DNA from: Bacillus subtilis subsp. subtilis str. 168
Lineage (GTDB): Bacteria; Bacillota; Bacilli; Bacillales; Bacillaceae
Reading direction: 5' to 3'
DNA length: 32,000 nt
Assembly: GCF_000009045.1 (NCBI RefSeq)
Contig: NC_000964.3
Span: 3,630,001-3,662,000, forward strand
Shown one piece after another: positions 25,586 through 32,000 of the stretch. Every line of letters starts with the position of its first letter. The first letter of the stretch is position 1. The translations under genes and the position numbers were made by a program. The notes beneath the pieces are model-generated. The model saw nothing but the letters and a program-made list of their open reading frames with translations, was not told the DNA's origin and ran no database searches.

Positions 25586-26755
25586 TTAAACGGACGTTTT
25601 CGTGACCGTCTGATACTGATGATGCAAGGCCTTGGCGTTTTTTCCTGCGTCAAATTGAGCCTGCACGGTTTCATACAAGTCATCTGCTACTTCCGGCTTC
25701 CATATTTGCTCATGTTCGTACCGAGTGATCGCTTCCGCCAAGGCTTGAGCGGATTTCGGTTTAATCAGCAGATGTTGGTGCTTTCCGAATAAAGACGACA
25801 CTCCGCCAACATCCGTACAAATAACAGGAACCCTTAGCGCCAGCGCCTCAATCACAACAGTCGGCATCCCCTCACTGTAAGAAGGAAGTACGAATAGATC
25901 TGCCGCAAGTAAATAGTCTCTTACCTGATGATTCGGGACTTGGCCTGTGACGATATGCCCCTTCTGCGTCAGCGTCGATTTTGCGGGACCATCCCCGACA
26001 AAGACTGCCTTAGGAGAGTCCTGCAGCGATTCGATCGCTTCAGACAGTTCAAAAATGCCTTTCTCTCTGACCAGCCGGCCGACATAGACAGCCAGACGCT
26101 GATCGAGCGGGAGTCCGAGTCTTTTTCTGATTTCCTCTTTCGTCTCCTCATTCCCCTGAAAACGGCTGAGCTGTATGCCGATTGGCAAAACCGAGCTGTC
26201 AAAGCCCGAAAGCTTTTTGGCTTCTTCCTGAAGCTTGTGGCTGACTGCTAAAACAACTGACGCAGAACCTACGGCACGCTTGAAGGCTTTAAACGCACCT
26301 TTGCTGTAATGCGGATAGACATTCACATCACTGCCATGCAAGGTCAGGACATAAGGAATTTGCGCTGACTCTGACACGACTGCCGCAGCCCCGCCCGATG
26401 GCATGGCAAAATGCGCATGGATCAGATCCGGATATAGGTCGCGCTGTTTCATTGTTTTTAAAACGGCTGATGCGATTCTCCGATGAGGCTGCGCCCACTT
26501 CAGCTGGCCGGGAACTGCCCGATAGAAAGGCCGGTAAACCGGTATCCCCTTTCTAATCTCATACTCCGGTCTGACATCCTTTTTTCGATATGTCTTTTTC
26601 AGCATGCGGACAGGTGCTGAATGAAAAGGCCGTGGGCATATCACAGTGATATCAAGCCCGAGTTTTTGCAGCTCTTGCACCTGTGTCTCATGAAACACAC
26701 CCTCTCCGGGTTTCATACTGCTCGGATATACGCTTGTGATCCACAAAATCTTCAT
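25586..26755 (-). CDS. tuaC: Teichuronic acid biosynthesis glycosyltransferase TuaC (GT4)
   Basis: The ATG at 26753-26755 overlaps the tuaB stop (ATGA) and gives 389 aa starting MKILWITSVYPS. The GT4 C-terminal motif EGMPTVVIEALA is present. The longer tracked ORF (413 aa) would overlap tuaB by 76 nt. Confidence 0.9.
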   Translation of the reverse strand: MKILWITSVYPSSMKPGEGVFHETQVQELQKLGLDITVICPRPFHSAPVRMLKKTYRKKDVRPEYEIRKGIPVYRPFYRAVPGQLKWAQPHRRIASAVLKTMKQRDLYPDLIHAHFAMPSGGAAAVVSESAQIPYVLTLHGSDVNVYPHYSKGAFKAFKRAVGSASVVLAVSHKLQEEAKKLSGFDSSVLPIGIQLSRFQGNEETKEEIRKRLGLPLDQRLAVYVGRLVREKGIFELSEAIESLQDSPKAVFVGDGPAKSTLTQKGHIVTGQVPNHQVRDYLLAADLFVLPSYSEGMPTVVIEALALRVPVICTDVGGVSSLFGKHQHLLIKPKSAQALAEAITRYEHEQIWKPEVADDLYETVQAQFDAGKNAKALHHQYQTVTKTSV

Positions 26756-28203
26756 GACAAACGTCCTTTTCTTAGTAGTTTGCTTTTCGTTTGAGGGTAC
26801 GCTTTTACCAAAAGAAAGAGATAGCACAGCGCCCCAGCCGCAACTGAAATGGCCAGCCGCATTTCTGCCTGCATACTGAAGTGTTCGGTACTGAGGCTTA
26901 CACCAAACGCGATGATGCCCATCGCCGCAGTAATCAGAAATGGCTTCATAATCGACTGGAAATAAGCTGAAAGGTTAAGCTTGATGACATATGCCAAAAG
27001 CCAGCGCCCAATCAGGAAATTAACAACGCTGATAATGGCATACACCCATGCGACTGTCAGCAGGCTTCCCGTCTGTACAGCTGCAAACAGTGATAATCCG
27101 TACAGCAGCAGCACGCCGGAATCCCAATAAAACGCTAAGTCAGCTCTTCCTTTAGCCAGCAACACAGATCCATTTGGATTCATGAGCACTCTTAGTATTC
27201 CGACAATCGCAAGAACATTTAGGATCGGAACAGCAGCAAGCCATTTTTCTCCGAAAACCGCTGTGATAAAGGCGTCTGACACAGACACGAGCCCGATTAA
27301 CAGCGGAAACGAAACAAGCGCCAGCATTTTTGTCATATTCAGAAAGCCTTCTCTGATCACGCTGTTTTCATATTTGTTTTTTGCGAAAATAGGGAATGCC
27401 ACCCGTGTGACAATCGGATTGATCTTCAAAACCGGAATGGTGACAATCTGATAAGCGAGGTTATAAATCCCCAATGCTTCAGCACCAATAAACCGGCCGA
27501 TCAAAATCATGTCGATATTTGCTCCCAGCCTGTTCACAAGACGGGATGAAAGCTGAAAGGCTCCAAAAGAAAAGAAATCCTTCATGCCTCTCAAATCAAA
27601 AACAAAAGCAGGATGCCACTTTTTTCGGTATACAGCCCAATATAAAATCCCTTTACTGGACTGCAGCAGGACTTGAGAAATCACGTACGCCAAAATCGCA
27701 TCCATCATAAAAACCGCTATCGCTAAATATCCGAATGACAATACATTTGAAAAAATCTCTATTTTGCTTAACGTATTAAAATGCAGCTGCTTTTGCAGCA
27801 TATACTGATATTGCTGTCCAATTGGCGCGATCAAAAACATAATCGCCAGAATCCGAACCAGAAACACCAGCTCTTCTCTTTGATAAAATCCCGCAATGAC
27901 AGGACTGCTCACATATAAAAGAACAAACAGCAAAACGCCCGTCATAATGTTAAGCCAATACAATGTTGACAGCTGGCGCTCCGTCGCGTCGTCTCTCTGA
28001 ATTAATGCTGCGCCAAAACCCATATCGAGCACAATCTGGGCGAAAACTGTAACCGTTGTGATCATGCCGACAAGCCCAAATTCTGTTAAGGTCATCATAT
28101 TTCCAAGCAGGGCAAACTGAACAATTTGTATGATTGTAATACACATGGTTGAAATACTTGTCCACTTTGCACCGCTCATGATTTGTTTTGTAATACTTGG
28201 CAT
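26752..28203 (-). CDS. tuaB: TuaB, Wzx-type polysaccharide flippase (MOP superfamily)
   Basis: This is a polytopic membrane protein of about 483 aa, with tandem ATG codons at 28201-28206. Confidence 0.9.
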   Translation of the reverse strand: MPSITKQIMSGAKWTSISTMCITIIQIVQFALLGNMMTLTEFGLVGMITTVTVFAQIVLDMGFGAALIQRDDATERQLSTLYWLNIMTGVLLFVLLYVSSPVIAGFYQREELVFLVRILAIMFLIAPIGQQYQYMLQKQLHFNTLSKIEIFSNVLSFGYLAIAVFMMDAILAYVISQVLLQSSKGILYWAVYRKKWHPAFVFDLRGMKDFFSFGAFQLSSRLVNRLGANIDMILIGRFIGAEALGIYNLAYQIVTIPVLKINPIVTRVAFPIFAKNKYENSVIREGFLNMTKMLALVSFPLLIGLVSVSDAFITAVFGEKWLAAVPILNVLAIVGILRVLMNPNGSVLLAKGRADLAFYWDSGVLLLYGLSLFAAVQTGSLLTVAWVYAIISVVNFLIGRWLLAYVIKLNLSAYFQSIMKPFLITAAMGIIAFGVSLSTEHFSMQAEMRLAISVAAGALCYLFLLVKAYPQTKSKLLRKGRLS

Positions 28204-28258
28204 CATATTCCCTACTTCTTTTTAAGCTCAGATTGATGGTGAATAATGGAATCCCGTT

Positions 28259-28907
28259 TTATCTTGCACCATCACCCGTCCAAACTACTTTACAAGTTTT
28301 TAACATAATTTTTAATTCTAAAGTGAAAGTCAGATTGCGAATGTAATATAAATCAAATATCAGCTTTTCCTTCGGCGTCATATCGTAACCGCCGTTCACC
28401 TGAGCCCAGACGCTGTGTAAAGCCTGGAATCTCATTCTGGAATTTTTCCGTAAATACGGGCCGTTCCGGACGAGGGCCAATCATACTCATATCGCCTTTC
28501 AGCACATTAAACAGCTGAGGAAGCTCGTCAATTCTCGTTCTTCTGATAAAAGCTCCGATCCTTGTCACCCGCGGATCTTGCTTCTGTGCCCAAACCGCCC
28601 CAGACTTCTCGGCATCTATTTTCATGGAACGAAGCTTATAAAGCTTAAATGGCTTCCCGCCTTTCCCTACGCGTTCCTGCGTATAAATGGCAGGCCCCGG
28701 CGTCTCCAAACAAATCAAAATTGAAAATACCGCAATCATTGGCAGCGCAATCGCCAATCCAATGAGCGCAAACCAAATATCCATTACGCGCTTTATTGCC
28801 AAATAACGAGCCGTCTTTTCAGATAATGTAAAAGAATGTATTTGTTGAACTGAGAATTCACGACTCACATTCATGCTTTTCTCTGCACTCACTGACACAC
28901 ACCTCAC
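28259..28907 (-). pseudogene. tuaA: tuaA, initiating phosphoglycosyl transferase (Bac_transf family), disrupted by a frame-shifting lesion
   Basis: Two overlapping minus-strand ORFs lie in frames offset by 1. ORF 28353-28907 ends ...DELPQLFNVLKGDMSMIGPRPERPVFTEKFQNEIPGFTQRL plus 17 unrelated residues. ORF 28259-28480 looks like the family only from WAQVNGGYDMTPKEKLIFDLYYIRNLTFTLELKIMLKT onward. The junction is near 28405-28413. Candidate N-terminal starts are GTG 28907, GTG 28889 and ATG 28874. Confidence 0.75.
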
Positions 28908-28943
28908 GATTTGTTTGGGATGTTATGATGACCTATGCCAGTC

Positions 28944-29026
28944 AGTTTAGCAGACGGATGTTAATTGGATGTAAATGGTATGTTAAGAAGTGTGAATTAC
29001 GTGTTTTTTCTGATAAATGTTGTTAA
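28944..29026 (-). promoter_or_regulatory. PhoP (Pho-box) array and -10 of the tuaA promoter
   Basis: The minus strand reads TTCACA-cttc-TTAACA-tacca-TTTACA-tccaa-TTAACA. On the plus strand the boxes start at 28991, 28981, 28970 and 28959, a 10-11 bp period. TAAACT (28944-28949) lies 9 nt downstream of the last box. A further pair, TTAACA-acat-TTATCA, sits at 29011-29026. This matches the TT(A/T/C)ACA direct-repeat Pho box. Confidence 0.75.
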
Positions 29027-29074
29027 TACTCTTTTACTATTTTATATACAAGTCCTATTTGTTTTAATCATTTC

Positions 29075-29116
29075 ATATAAAAAAGAGACAAATCTGTGAT
29101 TAGATTTGTCTCTTTC
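29075..29116 (-). terminator. Intrinsic terminator of the lyt operon (after lytC)
   Basis: A perfect 12-bp stem, AGAGACAAATCT (29084-29095) pairing with AGATTTGTCTCT (29102-29113), has a 6-nt loop. On the minus strand it is followed by TTTTTTATAT. The hairpin starts about 5 nt after the lytC stop. Confidence 0.9.
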
Positions 29117-29118
29117 GA

Positions 29119-30609
29119 TTATCTGTAATAAGATACTGTGCCGTCATGAATAGCTTGTGCAGCTTTATCTTTATAAACCGCTTGCTTCAATTTACTTGCA
29201 TCTGATGCATTAGTGATAAAGGCAGTTTCAACTAAAACACTCGGCATTTTAGAATATTTAATAACATAGAAAGCAGCTGTTTTTACTCCCCGGTCTCTCG
29301 TTCCAAGATTAGCCGCTAACTTTGGTTGAATTTGTTCAGCCAGTCTCTTGCTATTTGCAGCTTGATATGTTGTATCGTAGTACGTCTCACTTCCATTTGG
29401 TGATGAGCTATCATTAGCATTTGCATGTATACTGAGAAATAAATCTGCTTGTGCAGAAGCTGCTTTATTTACTCTCTCCTGTAAAGAATAAAAAGTATCA
29501 TTAGATCTTGACAGTACTGGAAGAGCACCTGAAGCATTTAGCTTTGTATTGACTCTTTTCGCTATATCAAGGTTGACTTCTTTCTCAAGGAGTCCATTGC
29601 CGATTGCTCCTGAATCTTGATCACCGTGACCCGGATCAATAAAGATTGTTTCACCTACAACTGGATTCTTTAGCTGATTAGCAACCTTTGTGCTTACGGC
29701 AGGAGTGTTTCCGATAATCATAAAGTTTGACATGTTTTTACTTCCAATAATTTTACGGGCTCCTGTAGATAAATTTTCACCATTTGTAAGAATAAGAGAT
29801 TGCTTCTTCTTAGCTGCCAGTGTAGCTCCTGCAATAGAGTCAGGGTAGCTGAATCCATTGCTTACATATACGGTGCTTGTTGATAAATTAAGTTTTTGTA
29901 CGATATTTGCAGCAAGCTCATATCTGTTTGAACCGCTAATTCTTGTAGGAGAAGGTAACTTGTTGTATACCGTATTGCTGATACTTCCAGTGCCTCCTAC
30001 AACAACGGTACTCGAAATTCCCTTATCTTTTATCACAGACGTAGTCGCACTATTTATAGATGTTTTATTTGTAAAAAGAATTGGATACCCGTTTTTCGCT
30101 GCATAAGGGATGACGGCCGGAGCGTCTGCATATAAGAAGCCGTTCAAAATAACAGCTTTTGAAGTCGCACCCATCGCTTTTGCCACCCGTGCAGCCGTAT
30201 CATAACGGTTGCTTCCTGCAATTCGTTTAATACTTATCCCCAAGCTTTTAATCTGGTTAGCAGTGTTAGAAGAAACAGCAGGTGTTCCGCCTACAATAAT
30301 TACATTTTTAGTCTGCATCTCTTTCAATCTTGTTTTCGTTTCATATGAAAGCTTATCAGAATTAGTGTAAAGCAATGGCGCATTCTTCTGGTAAGCAAGA
30401 GGTGCTGCTGAAATAGCATCTGCATAGGAACTCCCACCAACAATTACAGCTGTACTTGCTGTTGAATACATTTGCTTTGATATTTGTACAGCAGTGCCGT
30501 ATCTATTGCTTCCCCCAACTCTTTTCACTGAGTTATCGGCCAAAGCTGTTGGCACAAAAAGTATGAGCCCCAGAAAACACATTGTTAGGACTTTTATATA
30601 AGAACGCAA
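29119..30609 (-). CDS. lytC: Major autolysin N-acetylmuramoyl-L-alanine amidase LytC (CwlB)
   Basis: This 496-aa ORF has a TTG start at 30607-30609 after an AAGGAGGAAA SD. It has a signal peptide (MRSYIKVLTMCFLGLILFVPTALA), three cell-wall-binding repeats (GSNRY...) and a C-terminal Amidase_3 domain (IFIDPGHGDQDSGA ... LFLSIHANA). Confidence 0.95.
   Translation of the reverse strand: MRSYIKVLTMCFLGLILFVPTALADNSVKRVGGSNRYGTAVQISKQMYSTASTAVIVGGSSYADAISAAPLAYQKNAPLLYTNSDKLSYETKTRLKEMQTKNVIIVGGTPAVSSNTANQIKSLGISIKRIAGSNRYDTAARVAKAMGATSKAVILNGFLYADAPAVIPYAAKNGYPILFTNKTSINSATTSVIKDKGISSTVVVGGTGSISNTVYNKLPSPTRISGSNRYELAANIVQKLNLSTSTVYVSNGFSYPDSIAGATLAAKKKQSLILTNGENLSTGARKIIGSKNMSNFMIIGNTPAVSTKVANQLKNPVVGETIFIDPGHGDQDSGAIGNGLLEKEVNLDIAKRVNTKLNASGALPVLSRSNDTFYSLQERVNKAASAQADLFLSIHANANDSSSPNGSETYYDTTYQAANSKRLAEQIQPKLAANLGTRDRGVKTAAFYVIKYSKMPSVLVETAFITNASDASKLKQAVYKDKAAQAIHDGTVSYYR
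29660..30531 (-). repeat. Three tandem ~97-aa cell-wall-binding (CWB2-type) repeats within lytC
   Basis: The protein-level repeats begin at RVGGSNRYGTAVQISKQ, RIAGSNRYDTAARVAKA and RISGSNRYELAANIVQK. Each ends in (I/V)(I/V)GGT/GNTPAVS. The same repeat type continues in lytB at the window edge. Confidence 0.7.
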
Positions 30610-30647
30610 TTGATTTCCTCCTTAAATGGCGTTATATCCTAAAATAA

Positions 30648-32000
30648 TCAATAACTTGTCAGAGTTGTACCTGGATAGTAAAATTTCAAAATTGAACTAT
30701 ATGAATCTCCAGCTTCTGCTCTTGCTTTTGCTCCATATTGACTCATTCCGATCCCGTGACCATATCCTTTACCGCTGATTGTGTACTTTGAAGTATCTTT
30801 TTTTACAGTCACATAAGTACTTTTAAATACAGTCGCTCCAATCATTGTTCTTAACTCACTTGTTGGTACACTAATGGTTGTAATTTTGCTCAAGTTATAG
30901 GAGCCAGTACTGCTTTTAACAAAATACTTCACTTTCATCGATGCTGTTTTTGCACGCTGCCCTTGTGTCGTTCCACTAAAGCTTAAATCGTCAATACTTG
31001 CAATTTTGACAGAATCAGCGCTTGTTTCTTTATTTTTCAAGATCCAGTTCTTAACTCCGGAAAGTCTTGCAGAATCAGTTTCAGTCGCTGAAGACCACCA
31101 AGAAGAAGGCTTCGTTAAGTCCAAAGATTTCGTATCTAGCTGTTGTTTTGACAAAGTAAGCGTCCAGCCTATTTGAGGATCCTTTGTATCTTTTTTTGCA
31201 ATCAAGTAAGGTACACTTGACGACCACACTTCATTACTAGCTTCTGTGTAACCACCATTACTGGAAGAATAAGCTGCAGTTATAAGAGATCCATTATATT
31301 TCAGAACTTTCCCCTTCGTTTGCTCTACCGCTTTATTGGTATTCGAATTCCAACTGTAGCCACCATAAACTTGAAAAGCGGTTGTATCAGGTACAGTAGT
31401 TCCTGTTTTTGTTATTGAGTAGGTTCTTGCAGCGACAGTCTGTGCTTTAAGAGCCTCAAGTGACCAGCTAGCAGGCATTTCATTCGGAATTACTCCTTTT
31501 AAGTAATCCTCAAATGGAATATTCTCATTTACCGGTCGGATATATTTAGTAGACTCAATAGAGAAATTAACCGTGCCAAGATACTGCTTTCCATCAAGAC
31601 TAATTCTGTTTGAAGTAGAATAGTTTTCTGGTTTAATTCTTAGGGAGTTTCCGTAAGTTTTGATGTTTTCAAGGTTTAATTTTCCGCTGTTGATTTTTAG
31701 ATTATAGGTGCCACCGTCAGCTAAATAAAATTCATCAGCAAGTGAATTCTCAACTTCAGCAGAAATTGAACTGGTACTTCCAATAAAGTCGTATGCATAT
31801 GTGGCTTTATCTTTCGTTATACTTTTAGCCGCAGCCGGAACGCTATCTTGTTTAACAAATAAAATTTGGCTGTTTTTCTTCGAGGCAAGCGAAGCGCCTA
31901 TCAATACGTCTGCATATTTTGTCCCGTTCGTCATTACGACTTTATCAGCCTTCAACTTTAGTTGCTTAATTATATTTGCCGTAAGTTCATATCTGGTTGA
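30648..32000 (-). CDS. lytB: LytB (CwbA), modifier of LytC amidase; C-terminal ~450 aa with SpoIID/LytB domain (N-terminus beyond the window)
   Basis: The frame stays open upstream of the tracked TTG through to position 32000 (STRYELTANIIKQLK..., a further wall-binding repeat). The SpoIID-type motifs AARTYS, SSSNGGYTE and GYGHGIGMSQYGA are present. Confidence 0.92.
   Translation of the reverse strand, partial: STRYELTANIIKQLKLKADKVVMTNGTKYADVLIGASLASKKNSQILFVKQDSVPAAAKSITKDKATYAYDFIGSTSSISAEVENSLADEFYLADGGTYNLKINSGKLNLENIKTYGNSLRIKPENYSTSNRISLDGKQYLGTVNFSIESTKYIRPVNENIPFEDYLKGVIPNEMPASWSLEALKAQTVAARTYSITKTGTTVPDTTAFQVYGGYSWNSNTNKAVEQTKGKVLKYNGSLITAAYSSSNGGYTEASNEVWSSSVPYLIAKKDTKDPQIGWTLTLSKQQLDTKSLDLTKPSSWWSSATETDSARLSGVKNWILKNKETSADSVKIASIDDLSFSGTTQGQRAKTASMKVKYFVKSSTGSYNLSKITTISVPTSELRTMIGATVFKSTYVTVKKDTSKYTISGKGYGHGIGMSQYGAKARAEAGDSYSSILKFYYPGTTLTSY

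Noticed and set aside
20290-28165. Nested or alternative-frame ORFs inside tua genes (20290-20493, 20585-20920, 20800-21021, 21873-22064, 21907-22167, 22770-22976, 22968-23150, 23368-23586, 23372-23701, 23561-23743, 23951-24247, 24099-24302, 24630-24899, 25928-26251, 25969-26202, 27182-27451, 27519-27710, 27950-28165)
   Set aside because: All lie within or antisense to long ORFs with clear family signatures. Their translations are Arg/Cys/Ser-rich, as expected from off-frame reading of moderately GC-rich genes. None has an SD.
28925-29026. Plus-strand 33-aa Cys-rich mini-ORF (MMTYASQFSRRMLIGCKWYVKKCELRVFSDKCC) in the lytC-tuaA intergenic region
   Set aside because: Its Cys and Lys codons come from the reverse complement of the phased TTNACA Pho boxes (TGTTAA, TGTAAA, TGTGAA). 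It has no convincing SD and sits on the non-transcribed side of the tua promoter.
1-32000. Search for mobile elements, CRISPR arrays, tRNA/rRNA genes, or horizontally acquired defence or toxin cassettes
   Set aside because: I found no regularly spaced direct repeats, no transposase, integrase or recombinase-like ORFs, and no terminal inverted repeats. I recognised no tRNA-like or rRNA sequence by eye. Every ORF of 60 aa or more is either a recognised core gene or a shadow frame of one.

Overview
By gene order and protein sequences (recognised from memory, no search run), this window is the Bacillus subtilis 168-type chromosomal segment secA' / hpf(yvyD) / yvzG-fliT-fliS-fliD-flaG / hag / csrA-fliW-yviE-flgL-flgK-flgN-flgM-yvyF / comFC-comFB-comFA / degV / degU-degS, then divergent yvyE-tagV(yvhJ) on the plus strand, then tagO / tuaH-G-F-E-D-C-B-A / lytC / lytB'. 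All 35 long ORFs are accounted for: 33 on the minus strand and 2 on the plus strand. They are core, well-studied functions: the late flagellar sigma-D regulon with the Hag-FliW-CsrA and FlgM checkpoints, the ComF DNA-uptake proteins, the DegS-DegU two-component system, wall teichoic and teichuronic acid synthesis, and the major autolysin. I see no tRNA or rRNA genes, CRISPR arrays, transposases, integrases, phage genes or toxin-like accessory cassettes. I find no support for a previously undescribed system here. The main anomaly is tuaA, which is split into two frames and lacks a conserved catalytic-loop segment, while the rest of the PhoP-box-controlled tua operon is intact and tagO lies next to it. 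Smaller points are: a consensus sigma-D promoter whose -35 overlaps the comFC stop codon with no terminator between them; a terminator-like hairpin between flgL and yviE; the uncharacterised genes yvzG, yviE and yvyF inside flagellar operons; a GC-rich palindrome between tuaD and tuaE; an ambiguous comFC start; and a long leader upstream of yvyE. Promoter and terminator calls come from reading motifs by eye and are hypotheses, not computed predictions.
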